Assembly: GCA_026397405.1 (NCBI GenBank)
Contig: JAPLUW010000001.1
Location: 407,064 to 471,063 of the forward strand
Direction of reading: 5' to 3'
DNA length: 64,000 bases
From: Candidatus Adlerbacteria bacterium
Lineage (GTDB): Bacteria; Patescibacteriota; Minisyncoccia; Phycocordibacterales; SBAW01
Shown here: one piece after another, positions 48,359 to 57,670 of the stretch
Layout of the letters: each line of letters begins with the position of its first letter
Position numbering within the stretch: position 1 is the first letter of the stretch
Notes under the pieces: model-generated
Seen by the model: the letters and a program-made list of their open reading frames with translations, nothing else
What the model was told of the DNA's origin: nothing
Databases searched by the model: none
Position numbers and translations under genes: made by a program

Positions 48359-48640
48359 GTGGACGAGGACATTGAAGAGCTTAAAGAACTTGTAAAAAAG
48401 AACCTCCAAATGACGGAGGATACACACCGTATAGTACGGGGCATGCGCAGCAGTGCACGGTGGGGAAGATTCTTTTCTATAGTGTGGTGGCTTGTAGTGC
48501 TTGCAGTGTCGGGCGCTACGTACTATATCTATGTCCAGCCGTATGTGCAGCAGGTAGAAAACGCATATACAAACGGGAAAAATTTTGAAACACAGGTACA
48601 AGATTTCTTTAAAAACTTCGGTCAAAAGTTCACACAGTAG
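48359..48640 (+). CDS. single-TM hypothetical protein
   Basis: coiled N-terminus, TM WWLVVLAVSGATYYIYVQPY. Confidence 0.7.
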   Translation: MDEDIEELKELVKKNLQMTEDTHRIVRGMRSSARWGRFFSIVWWLVVLAVSGATYYIYVQPYVQQVENAYTNGKNFETQVQDFFKNFGQKFTQ

Positions 48641-48645
48641 GTAAT

Positions 48646-48718
48646 GCCTGGGTAGCTCAGTTGGTAGAGCATTTCCCTGAAGAGGAAGGGGTCGCCGGTT
48701 CGATCCCGGCCCCAGGCA
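48646..48718 (+). tRNA. tRNA-Phe(GAA)
   Basis: GCCTGGG/CCCAGGC, TTTCC-CTGAAGA-GGAAG. Confidence 0.93.
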
Positions 48719-48760
48719 CAGACAAGGTAAAAAATCTGCCCAGTGGCAGTTTTTTTGCTT

Positions 48761-48850
48761 GGATGTGAGGCGGAGCGATGTTTTGCATTTGCAAAACCGT
48801 GAGCCAGGGTCGAGAGCGAATTTTCTGACGAGAAAATTTGACTCGTGACC
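48761..48850 (+). repeat. tRNA-downstream structured element (copy 1)
   Basis: GGATG..GAGCG [hairpin] GTGAGC.AGGGTCGAGA [GACG-loop hairpin] GTGACC scaffold shared with 53292-53414. Confidence 0.55.
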
Positions 48851-48866
48851 CAAATAACTCGCAAAC

Positions 48867-49364
48867 CTAATTCGACTTAATTTTGAGTTTTGCTTGGCGG
48901 CCCTTGTCGAGTTTTGGCAGGCGGATAGTTAGAAGCCCGTGTTTTTCGCTTGCCTCAGCTTCTTCAATTTCTATTTCTTGCGGCAGTACTATTGTGCGTG
49001 AAAATGCTCCCCAGTACAGCTCAGAGAAGAAAAAGTCGCCTGCAGTGCCTTCGGTATGTCTCTCGCGTTTACCGCGGAGTGTAACCATGTCGCGAGTAAT
49101 TGAGACATCTAAGTCCTCTGGTCGGACACCGGCTATCATAGCTTTGATTATTATGTGCGTGGGAGTTTGATACACGTCGACGGCAAGTTCGCCTTCGGCA
49201 GGTTCTTCTTCAGCGATAACGTTTACCTGATGCTGTGCGGAGCTTGGCATTTTGGATGGATATCCTCCTGTACCCCCGCTTTCGAGATCTTCAAACGAAT
49301 AGTCGCTTTCGGCTGCCGAGCCACCGGTGAGCCATTCAAATAAAGATCGTTTTTCTTTTGCCAT
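48867..49364 (-). CDS. Hsp20/alpha-crystallin small heat-shock protein
   Basis: VDVYQT, AGVRPEDLDV, E..WGAFSRTIVLP, GLLTIRLPK. Confidence 0.92.
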   Translation of the reverse strand: MAKEKRSLFEWLTGGSAAESDYSFEDLESGGTGGYPSKMPSSAQHQVNVIAEEEPAEGELAVDVYQTPTHIIIKAMIAGVRPEDLDVSITRDMVTLRGKRERHTEGTAGDFFFSELYWGAFSRTIVLPQEIEIEEAEASEKHGLLTIRLPKLDKGRQAKLKIKSN

Positions 49365-49393
49365 AATCTAATGAGTGAGAAGTAAAATATTTT

Positions 49394-50080
49394 TTAGCAG
49401 TAGTCTTTTGTGGGTTGTTTTACCCGCTCTATCATCAGCAGCGCTGCGATAATACCAAACCAAATACAAAGGAAAATCCAGAATGTTGCACTGCTTCCTT
49501 GTTGAAGTATAAAAAAATTAAACAGTGTGTGCAAGGTAATGGCGAGGACAACTCCAACAAGCGCAAACATTCGTCGCACATCAACCTCTTTATGGAACGA
49601 CCACGCGAGCGCAAGACCTATTGTGGCCGACGCAAGTGTATGCAAAAGTGTTGCTCCCATAAAACGCAGGTCGCCTGTCACAATGGTACGCAGCAAGTCG
49701 CCTTGCTGAAGAGGAGTCCACAAAAATAATGCGTTTTCCAGTGCGGAAAACCCAAGTGCTGCAGTGACCAGGTATATAACTGCATCGAGTGGCTCATCAA
49801 ATACGCGGAAGCGAAGGGCTGCAAAATATGCCGCTGCAAACTTAAGCAATTCTTCACATATGGCCCAGCAAAACAGCAGTGCTCCGCCCGAAAGGTAGCC
49901 CGCCGCCGCACGTTCGAGAGGCAGTGCCACAAGTACGGCAACCATACCCGCAAGAAAGGTAAAAAATATATAGCGTTTTGGCTCCGGCTCGCAGCGGTCT
50001 TCGAGTAGCCAAAAAAACAACCAGACGAGCGCCGGCAACATCCCACCTAAAAATGCAAGAAGCAATATACCTGCGTTCAT
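49394..50080 (-). CDS. PrsW family intramembrane protease
   Basis: EPEP, EELLK, FDEPLD, ALGFSALEN, LH motifs. Confidence 0.88.
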   Translation of the reverse strand: MNAGILLLAFLGGMLPALVWLFFWLLEDRCEPEPKRYIFFTFLAGMVAVLVALPLERAAAGYLSGGALLFCWAICEELLKFAAAYFAALRFRVFDEPLDAVIYLVTAALGFSALENALFLWTPLQQGDLLRTIVTGDLRFMGATLLHTLASATIGLALAWSFHKEVDVRRMFALVGVVLAITLHTLFNFFILQQGSSATFWIFLCIWFGIIAALLMIERVKQPTKDYC

Positions 50081-50130
50081 TACTTGCTAGTATATCACTG
50101 AGATTTATTTAGTTGGCCCTCGGCCGTAGC

Positions 50131-52194
50131 CTATGGGCGAGGCCACTGTTCAACTATCAATAAATTTTTTACTCCAGGCATGTCCTGCCAAATTTCTTCT
50201 GTCACAAACGGCATAAACGGGTGGAGGAGTTTGAGTGAACCTTCCAATAGGTAGTAGAGAGTCGCGTTATATTCGGGTTTGCCTTTGCTTTCTTCCAAGA
50301 TCTGCGACGCAAAACGGTCCCACACATAGTGGTACAGCTTTTCTGCGGCCATATACACCCGGTATTCTGCAATATCTTTTGTGACATCTGCGGCCATAGC
50401 ATCAAATTCCTCTTTTAGTTCTGTTTTTATTTCACCACTGTTTTCTTGCGAAAGTACAAAGCGGGTAATGTTCCAGAGTTTGTTTGCAAATTTTTTGTAT
50501 GCGCCAATTTTTTGTGGGTCGAGGTTTAAGTCGGTTCCTGGCGTGTTGCCGACAATAAGCCCCATACGTAGTGCGTCGGTGCCGTATTCGTCCGAAACTT
50601 GAAGTGGCGAAATAACATTCCCTTTGCTTTTACTCATTTTTGCGCCTTTAGCGTCGCGCACCATTCCATGGAGGTACACAGTTTTAAACGGCACATCGCC
50701 GGCACGGTAGAGTCCGAGCATTATCATCCGGGCTATCCAAAAAAAGATAAGATCCGAACCACTCTCCATTACAGATGTTGGATAAAAAGTTTTGAAGTCG
50801 CTGGAGTCGGGATAGCCGAGTGTTGCAAATGGCCACTGGCCGGAAGAAAACCATGTATCAAAGGTGTCCGGGTCACGTGCCCAGCCTTCGCCCGGAGAGT
50901 CTTCGCAAATCTTCCATTCGTCTCCTTTACTCCATGCAGGTATCGGAATGCCCCAGACAATTTGGCGGGAAATATTCCAGTCTTGAATGTTTTCGAGCCA
51001 ATGGAGGAGAATTTTCTCATGGGCTTGGGTAACAATTTTTACATCCCCGTTTTTAACTGCGGCAATCGCTTTTTCTGCAAGGGGCTGCATCTTAACAAAC
51101 CACTGTGCTTTAACTTGTGGTTCGATCTCGCGACCGCACTTGTAGCACACAGGGACTTCGTGGGTGTACGTTTCGTCAATTTTTGTTACTAACCCTTTTG
51201 ACTGGAGTTTTTCGACAATTTTTTCGCGCGCTTCTTTTATATTCATCCCTGCAAACTCGCCAGCAATAGGGAGCAGCTTTCCGCGCCAATCGATTACTTG
51301 CTCGTAGGGGAGGTTGTGGCGCTGTGCAATGTCGAAGTCGGCTTGGTCGTGCCACGGGGTAATGGTCATGACGCCAGTACCCAGCTCCATGTCTATGTGC
51401 GCGTCTTTGACAACTGTTGCAGTAATGGGGCCGTTGATCCACTCCAATTCAAACTGCTGGCCTTGTGTGTACTGCGCGTAGCGCGGGTCATCTGGGTGCA
51501 TCACCACGTACTTGTCGCCAAATTTTGTTTCTGGCCGTGCGGTGGCTATAACAAACGGCCCGTATTGTAAATAATAAAATTTGTCAGTGCGTGTCTCGCG
51601 GTCGGTTTCCAAGTTGGAAAGAGATGTCTGATGTTTGGGGCACCAGTTTACAATGCGTGAACCGCGGTACAGAAGCCCGTCGTCGTTTAATTTTTTAAAT
51701 GTGTCGTATACAGTTTTGATTACTTTTTCATCAAGCGTAAACATCTCGCGTGACCAGTCACACGATGCACCGAGTTGGCGGATCTGTCCTTCCATAAACG
51801 ACTTGTTGGACAGGGTAAAGTCCATGATTTCTTTATAGAGCTGTTCGGGCTCCATGCCAAAACGCGAACGCCCTTCTTTTTCTAGCTGGCGTTCATACAC
51901 TACCTGTGTTTCAAAACCAGCGTGGTCGGCGCCAGGTAACCACAAAGCTTTTTTGCCCCGCATACGCGCGAAGCGGGTCATAATGTCTTGTAGAGTTACA
52001 AAGAGCGCATGCCCGGCATGGAGCGAGCCGTTCGCATTTGGTGGCGGCATAATTATCGTAAACGGCTCGGTGCGTTCTCCCGGCAAGTTGTCGGGGTTAA
52101 AAAAGCCGCTGTCTTCCCACTTTTTATATATAGCAGGCTCGACAGTTTTTGGATCGTAGGGTTTTAGGAATTTTTCCGGAATGTGTTCTTCCAT
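50131..52194 (-). CDS. valS: valine--tRNA ligase (no C-terminal coiled coil)
   Basis: PPPNANGSLHAGHA, DWNISRQIVWG, DTWFSSG, KMSKSKGN. Confidence 0.95.
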   Translation of the reverse strand: MEEHIPEKFLKPYDPKTVEPAIYKKWEDSGFFNPDNLPGERTEPFTIIMPPPNANGSLHAGHALFVTLQDIMTRFARMRGKKALWLPGADHAGFETQVVYERQLEKEGRSRFGMEPEQLYKEIMDFTLSNKSFMEGQIRQLGASCDWSREMFTLDEKVIKTVYDTFKKLNDDGLLYRGSRIVNWCPKHQTSLSNLETDRETRTDKFYYLQYGPFVIATARPETKFGDKYVVMHPDDPRYAQYTQGQQFELEWINGPITATVVKDAHIDMELGTGVMTITPWHDQADFDIAQRHNLPYEQVIDWRGKLLPIAGEFAGMNIKEAREKIVEKLQSKGLVTKIDETYTHEVPVCYKCGREIEPQVKAQWFVKMQPLAEKAIAAVKNGDVKIVTQAHEKILLHWLENIQDWNISRQIVWGIPIPAWSKGDEWKICEDSPGEGWARDPDTFDTWFSSGQWPFATLGYPDSSDFKTFYPTSVMESGSDLIFFWIARMIMLGLYRAGDVPFKTVYLHGMVRDAKGAKMSKSKGNVISPLQVSDEYGTDALRMGLIVGNTPGTDLNLDPQKIGAYKKFANKLWNITRFVLSQENSGEIKTELKEEFDAMAADVTKDIAEYRVYMAAEKLYHYVWDRFASQILEESKGKPEYNATLYYLLEGSLKLLHPFMPFVTEEIWQDMPGVKNLLIVEQWPRP

Positions 52195-52208
52195 AGGGCA
52201 ATTTTATG

Positions 52209-53279
52209 CTATTTGGCTGTTTGAAGCGAGAGGCTCCCTTTGGCTGCAATTGTTTCGGGTGGAGGGATAATTTCTGCCCCAGACAGCATACGGGCAAGTG
52301 CGGCCATGGCTATCATCACGGCGTTGTCGCCGGTTATGTCGAGTGCAGGGAGACGGAACTCGACGTTAGGAAATTCTGCTTCAATGCGTGCCCCAAGAGT
52401 GCGACGCAGATGTTTACTTGCCGCAACTCCGCCGCCTATGACAAATGTTTTGGAGTCTGTCTGTTCCAGTGCGCGTCGTGTTTTTGCAATAAGCACGTCG
52501 GACACGGCATCTTCAAACTCGCGGGCAAAGGCTGTTATGTGGTCACTGGAGAGTGTGTGCATGCCTCCCAAGTCACGCAGCGCATACAACACCGCAGTCT
52601 TTAACCCTGAAAAAGAAAAGTCGCACGTAGGTTCGTGCAGCATGGGGCGGGGAAGTTTAATGTCGGAGGTTATATTATTTTGCCGTGCATATTCTGCAAG
52701 TTTGGAAATTTCTGGGCCGCCGGGGTAGGAGAGCCCGAGCATGCGTGCGACTTTGTCGAACGCTTCGCCCACGGCGTCGTCTTTGGTTTGGCCAACAAGT
52801 GTGTAGTCGAACCAGTCCTTCATTAATGCAAATTCTGTATGGCCACCCGAAATTAGTAGGCCAAGTACTGGCAGTGCAACATGTTCCAGCTTTCCGTTTT
52901 GCACCAATGAAGAAATTAAGTGCCCTTCCATATGGTTTATCGGCAACAGCGGTAGGCCCCACTCTGCTGCAAGTTTTTGCGCAAACGTTATCCCTGTCCA
53001 AAGTGCAGGTTCGAGCCCTGGCCCGTAGGTTACGGCGATTGCGTCCAGCGTTTGTTCGCCAGCTTGTTTCAGAGCTTGTTCAAGCATGGGCGGTAAGTTT
53101 TTTATGTGCTCGCGTTTTGCAAGGGCGGGGAATACGCCGCCATATTCTGCATGTAGCGCAGCTTGGGAAAGCAGTGCGTTTCCAAGTACGGTAAAAGAAA
53201 AAGACTCTCCATCTTTAGTGCCTTCAAGTATGGCAATGCCCGTCTCGTCGCAGCTTGTTTCTATAGCGAGGATTTTCAT
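52209..53279 (-). CDS. tsaD: t6A37 threonylcarbamoyltransferase TsaD
   Basis: ILAIETSCDET, GPGL, NHMEGH, SGGHT, GEAFDK, FSFSGLKT, DNAVMIA. Confidence 0.95.
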   Translation of the reverse strand: MKILAIETSCDETGIAILEGTKDGESFSFTVLGNALLSQAALHAEYGGVFPALAKREHIKNLPPMLEQALKQAGEQTLDAIAVTYGPGLEPALWTGITFAQKLAAEWGLPLLPINHMEGHLISSLVQNGKLEHVALPVLGLLISGGHTEFALMKDWFDYTLVGQTKDDAVGEAFDKVARMLGLSYPGGPEISKLAEYARQNNITSDIKLPRPMLHEPTCDFSFSGLKTAVLYALRDLGGMHTLSSDHITAFAREFEDAVSDVLIAKTRRALEQTDSKTFVIGGGVAASKHLRRTLGARIEAEFPNVEFRLPALDITGDNAVMIAMAALARMLSGAEIIPPPETIAAKGSLSLQTAK

Positions 53280-53291
53280 AGATTGTTTTGT

Positions 53292-53414
53292 GGTCACAAA
53301 AGAGAACAGGATTCTGCCAAGAACATTTTTATTCGCCGTCGCTATTAAAAATTTCTCGGCCCTGCTCACACGACCCATTGCGCTCAATGGGTGCCCGCGC
53401 TCGCTTTCTCATCC
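53292..53414 (-). repeat. tRNA-downstream structured element (copy 2)
   Basis: same scaffold as 48761-48850 on the tRNA-Val strand. Confidence 0.55.
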
Positions 53415-53471
53415 TGTACACCGCAAAAACAGTAATCCCTAAAGGGCATGCCTTTAGTTCAACTGTTTTAG

Positions 53472-53544
53472 TGCGCGATACAGGATTCGAACCTGTGACC
53501 CTCCCCACGTCAAGGGGATGCTCTACCAACTGAGCTAACCGCGC
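53472..53544 (-). tRNA. tRNA-Val(GAC)
   Basis: GCGCGGT/ATCGCGC, TCCCC-TTGACGT-GGGGA. Confidence 0.93.
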
Positions 53545-53581
53545 GTAGCCCCAAAATAGCCTATTTTGGGGTGGAATTCAA

Positions 53582-54007
53582 TTACTTGGTTGGCATTGGG
53601 GCTGGCTGCAAAATGCCAAAGATATTACCCTCCGTGTCTTTGTAGTAACGCAGTTGACCTATATTAGGCACATCCATTTTGTCAGTCTGTGGCTTGCCAC
53701 CAGCCGCTTCTATTCTTTCCATGTACATGTCGATATTGTCGACGCCAATAATGCAGGTGTATGCATTTGGGCACGCGCCGTCTGCGGGTGCTGTGCCATT
53801 GCGTTTCATTAGGTCACCGTTAATGCCAACATCTTCCATCTTTACCCCTTTTGCCATCTCGTCGGGCCCAGGGCCAGTAGAAATAACACGGTAGCCGCCA
53901 TATTCTTCGCCCATAACTTTAAATGTCCAGCCAAACACTGCTTCGTAAAACTTCTGCGCGCGGTCCATGTCGTCTGCTTGGATTTCGAAATGTACTACTC
54001 GGTTCAT
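53582..54007 (-). CDS. VOC/glyoxalase family protein
   Basis: VVHFEI..D..RA..FY..VFGW, DTEGNIFGI. Confidence 0.9.
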   Translation of the reverse strand: MNRVVHFEIQADDMDRAQKFYEAVFGWTFKVMGEEYGGYRVISTGPGPDEMAKGVKMEDVGINGDLMKRNGTAPADGACPNAYTCIIGVDNIDMYMERIEAAGGKPQTDKMDVPNIGQLRYYKDTEGNIFGILQPAPMPTK

Positions 54008-54053
54008 AATTTATATATGTGAGCGGATAAGATTCCCTGAACATCTAGTATAC

Positions 54054-54437
54054 CTAATCGGCGGTGACAGATTTAAATGTTTCTACGTGTGCATTGAATC
54101 CTTCGTCGTCTAAAATTTCTACGTCTCGCAACACAGGAAGGAAAGCTTTTTTAATTTCTTTCAGTTCCGACTCACTAGTCTCTATAAAAAACTTCGTTTC
54201 AACAGGCACGTCGAGCCGCCAGACACGAATGCAGCCCTGGAGATTGCCTGTTCCAACGAAGACGTCGAGCTCGGCACCGTCTTCCCCCGTGTAGCCTTGT
54301 ATATATCCGTAATCAACAGGGTAGGTTACGCCTTGCAGTGGATACGATGACCAGACGGGGTCGTTCTCAATTCCAAAAGATTTATATGAACCTTTTTGAT
54401 TTTCTATACTGATTTTAAAATCTGAAGCGCTAATCAT
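54054..54437 (-). CDS. inorganic pyrophosphatase-like protein
   Basis: IENQKGS, YPVDYGYI, GEDGAELDVFVG. Confidence 0.75.
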   Translation of the reverse strand: MISASDFKISIENQKGSYKSFGIENDPVWSSYPLQGVTYPVDYGYIQGYTGEDGAELDVFVGTGNLQGCIRVWRLDVPVETKFFIETSESELKEIKKAFLPVLRDVEILDDEGFNAHVETFKSVTAD

Positions 54438-54452
54438 ATTTTATTTATTGTG

Positions 54453-54539
54453 CGGAGAGGGAGGGATTTGAACCCTCGATCCAGTTTCCCAGATGCCGGT
54501 TTTCGAAACCGGTGCCTTCGACCACTCAGCCACCTCTCC
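54453..54539 (-). tRNA. tRNA-Ser(CGA)
   Basis: GGAGAGG/CCTCTCC, CCGGT-TTCGAAA-ACCGG, long variable arm. Confidence 0.93.
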
Positions 54540-54567
54540 TTGGAACAACGCCCACTATAACAAAAAC

Positions 54568-55203
54568 TTACCCAAAAATCTCCTGTATTTTTTCTGCCGA
54601 AACTGCACCTTCGCGGAGAATTTTTGGCTCGCTCGACGTAAGGTCTACTACAGTTGAGGGGAGCGACGGTGGAAGAACGCCTGCGTCAATAACCAAATCA
54701 ATTATCTCCGCTTCAAGCCCTAACTGTTCCAATATTTTTTCTACAGAATGTTCCGGTTCCAGTCCGCTTTTGTTGGCGCTGGTTGCTGTAATTGGTCGGC
54801 CATATTGTTTTGTCAGTTCCAAACAAAATGTATTGTCGGGAACTCGTGCCCCGAATGTTTCAATGTCTCGGAGTGTGCCGGTATCGAATCCAAGTTTTTT
54901 CTTGAAGATGAATGTAGTAGGACCAGGTATGAGTGACCGAACTCCTTTCTCTAATAAAGGATCTATTTCTGCGTAATGTTTGAGTGTTTCAAAACTATCA
55001 ACCAATGCACGGATAAATTTACCTTCCTTCCGGTTCTTTACCGCATATATCTTGTCTACAGCTTCGTCAGACAAGGCATCCGCCCCCAACCCATATATCG
55101 TGTCGGTTGGGTAGAGAATTACGCCGCCGTTTTTGAGCACCTCGGCTGTCTTTTGTGCAGCTGCAGCAATATCTGCAGGGGTTGTAATACGCACTATATC
55201 CAT
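54568..55203 (-). CDS. tsaC: L-threonylcarbamoyladenylate synthase (TsaC/Sua5)
   Basis: YPTDTIYGLG, K.R, PGPTT, ARVP, TATSANKSG, PSTVVD. Confidence 0.93.
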   Translation of the reverse strand: MDIVRITTPADIAAAAQKTAEVLKNGGVILYPTDTIYGLGADALSDEAVDKIYAVKNRKEGKFIRALVDSFETLKHYAEIDPLLEKGVRSLIPGPTTFIFKKKLGFDTGTLRDIETFGARVPDNTFCLELTKQYGRPITATSANKSGLEPEHSVEKILEQLGLEAEIIDLVIDAGVLPPSLPSTVVDLTSSEPKILREGAVSAEKIQEIFG

Positions 55204-55215
55204 ATACCTAAATCA

Positions 55216-55287
55216 TGACCCTACGGGGAATCGAACCCCGATTTAAAGCTTGAAAAGCTTCCGTCCTAACCGTTAGACGATAGGGCC
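55216..55287 (-). tRNA. tRNA-Glu(TTC)
   Basis: GGCCCTA/TAGGGTC, GAAGC-TTTTCAA-GCTTT. Confidence 0.92.
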
Positions 55288-55345
55288 TCACAGACGCGCC
55301 AATAGTATCGTTTTTTTGTCAAAAACGCAAAAATCTCTGAACAGG

Positions 55346-56269
55346 CTAGTTAGCCTTTACGTAAAAATAGATATCCTCGAGGGCCTTCACCGCGTCGCCG
55401 GCAGCGATGTTGTTTTGGTGGTACAAGCCGTCTGAGCAGTCGCCTGCAGACCAAATACCAAGCACCGACGAGCGCTGGCTCTTGCCGTCTACCTTAACGC
55501 GGCCCCATTCGTCCAAGGCGACCAAGTCTTTTACCAAGTCGGTTGCAGCGGTCATACCGATTTCAACAAAAATGCCGGTTGCAGCAAGTTCGGTAGTTTC
55601 ACCGGTCTGTGTATTTTTAACGACAACACTTTTTACAAATGAACCGCCTTTTACCTCTGCAGGTTCTGTGTTGGTGAGTGCCTTCATGTTTGGGTGCGCC
55701 AGTACTGCTTGTACTGTGGCAGCGTCGGCACGGCTAAATTCAGCACTACGGTGTATAAGCGTCACCGACTTGCAGTACGCAAGGAGTTGCGCGGCACTTT
55801 CAAACCCGGCATTACCGCCGCCAACAACAATAACGTCTTGTCCGCCAAACATCGGCCCGTCGCACGACGCGCAATAGGTGACACCTTTATTTTCAAATTC
55901 TGCAGCGCCGGGAATGTCGAGTTTACGGCGCGAACCGCCGGTTGCTATAAGCACTGCTTTTGCTTCGTAGGTTTGCGAACCTGTTTGTATAGAGAAACCA
56001 CCATCGATTTTTGTAACCTTGTTTGCACGAGTGCCGGTTTTGATTTCTACAAACGTACCTGCGTATGCTTTTAAGTGGCTTTCGAGCGCTTTTGCCAAGT
56101 CGAGGCCGGAAATTTTTTCGGTGCCTATCCAGTTTTGGATTTCGACCGAGTCGGTGCTTTGGCCTCCGATACTTTCGGCTATAAAAATAGTTTTTAACTG
56201 TTTGCGTGCTGCATACACTCCGGCAGCGACGCCCGCGGGGCCGCCTCCAATTATTGCCAAGTCATACAT
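55346..56269 (-). CDS. trxB: thioredoxin reductase
   Basis: IIGGGPAG, GVTYCASCDG, VGGGNAG, AGD. Confidence 0.9.
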   Translation of the reverse strand: MYDLAIIGGGPAGVAAGVYAARKQLKTIFIAESIGGQSTDSVEIQNWIGTEKISGLDLAKALESHLKAYAGTFVEIKTGTRANKVTKIDGGFSIQTGSQTYEAKAVLIATGGSRRKLDIPGAAEFENKGVTYCASCDGPMFGGQDVIVVGGGNAGFESAAQLLAYCKSVTLIHRSAEFSRADAATVQAVLAHPNMKALTNTEPAEVKGGSFVKSVVVKNTQTGETTELAATGIFVEIGMTAATDLVKDLVALDEWGRVKVDGKSQRSSVLGIWSAGDCSDGLYHQNNIAAGDAVKALEDIYFYVKAN

Positions 56270-56372
56270 AAAAAAGAGTTTAACATGTCTCCACAAAAGA
56301 AGCCCATAAAAGAGTGCGCTCCGGGCCGCTAGGCCAAGTCTAACCCTCTTTTACAGGCTCTTTTGTTTCGCA

Positions 56373-57578
56373 CTATTTAATCTTTGGTCTGCGGAGGAAT
56401 GAAGGCACTGCGCCCCATTCGTCGTCTTCGTCCTCTTCTTTTTTGAGTTTTACTTCAGGTTCGGGAGTTTTTTTAGGCTCTTCCTCTTTTTCTTTTGGGA
56501 CTTCGCGCGGTGTGGGGGCAGGTGCTGGAGTGTTAAAGATTTTGCCAATTGGTGTAACGTCAGCCTCTTTTGTTTCGCGTGCGCCGAAGTTAAACAGTGG
56601 TGTGCCGCGTGGTGTGATGCCTGCCGCAGGGAAGCCAGTTGCTATAACAGTTACGCGGACTTCGCCTTTTTTGAGTTTTTCGTCGCGGATTGCGCCGAAG
56701 ATTATTTTTGCATTTGGGTCGACAGACTCGGTGATTATCTTTGCAGCTTCATGGACTTCGATCATACCCAAGTCGTCTTGGCCTGCAATTGCAAACAATA
56801 CACCCTTTGCACCGTTAATTGAAAGTTCAAGAAGTGGGGAAGATACTGCCGCCTTTGCTGCAATTGCTGCGCGGTTTTCGCCGCTCGCGATACCGATACC
56901 CATCAATGCTGACCCAGCGTTTTCCATTACGGCGCGGATGTCGGCAAAGTCGACGTTAATGATACCTGGGTTGGTAATGAGGTCGGAAATTCCTTCCACT
57001 GCTTGTTTTAAAATGTCATCGCACGCTGCAAATGCTGCTTTAAGCGTTGTGTCTTTTGCAACCGTTGCCAAGATGCGGTCGTTCGGGATTACGATAAGCG
57101 CGTCGACTTCCTTGCGGAGTTCTTCCAACCCTTGGTCGGCAAGGCGGCTGCGCTGTTGACCTTCAAATGAAAATGGTTTTGTAACAACAGCAACGGTAAG
57201 TGCGCCGAGTTCCTTTGCTGTCTTTGCAACAATTGGTGCCGCACCTGTGCCGGTGCCGCCGCCCATACCGCAGGCAATAAACACCATGTCAGAACCTTTA
57301 ATGGCCTGCTGGATTTCTTCTTTAGTTTCTTCGGCTGCACGTTTGCCGATTTCCGGGTTCATCCCGGCACCAAGGCCACGTGTAAGGTTTTTACCAACGT
57401 GGATTTTTTTCTTTGCGAGTGAGTGGTGGAGGTCTTGTGCGTCTGTATTGATGGAGATGAAGTCTACACCGCGTACTTTGCTTTCAACCATGTGGTTGAC
57501 CGCGTTCTTACCCGAGCCTCCAACGCCGACAACTCGGATGCGTGCGAATGCTTCAATTTCTGCTTGTACTTGTGGCAT
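56373..57578 (-). CDS. ftsZ: cell division protein FtsZ
   Basis: GMGGGTGTG, INVDFAD, C-terminal VPSFLRR. Confidence 0.98.
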   Translation of the reverse strand: MPQVQAEIEAFARIRVVGVGGSGKNAVNHMVESKVRGVDFISINTDAQDLHHSLAKKKIHVGKNLTRGLGAGMNPEIGKRAAEETKEEIQQAIKGSDMVFIACGMGGGTGTGAAPIVAKTAKELGALTVAVVTKPFSFEGQQRSRLADQGLEELRKEVDALIVIPNDRILATVAKDTTLKAAFAACDDILKQAVEGISDLITNPGIINVDFADIRAVMENAGSALMGIGIASGENRAAIAAKAAVSSPLLELSINGAKGVLFAIAGQDDLGMIEVHEAAKIITESVDPNAKIIFGAIRDEKLKKGEVRVTVIATGFPAAGITPRGTPLFNFGARETKEADVTPIGKIFNTPAPAPTPREVPKEKEEEPKKTPEPEVKLKKEEDEDDEWGAVPSFLRRPKIK

Positions 57579-57670
57579 AGAATACTGGAGTTTTCTGGTA
57601 ATGGGTGCGCGGAAAGTATACCACTTCTAATGTAGAAGCAAACTTTGACAAAAAGACGTTTTGTTTCAGG

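Noticed and set aside
48239-48864. Minus-strand 204-aa and 80-aa ORFs
   Set aside because: Antisense to tRNA-Arg, tRNA-Phe and a real CDS.
53582-54452. Second tRNA-linked island downstream of tRNA-Ser(CGA)
   Set aside because: The two genes look accessory, but no recombinase or convincing duplicated tRNA end was found.
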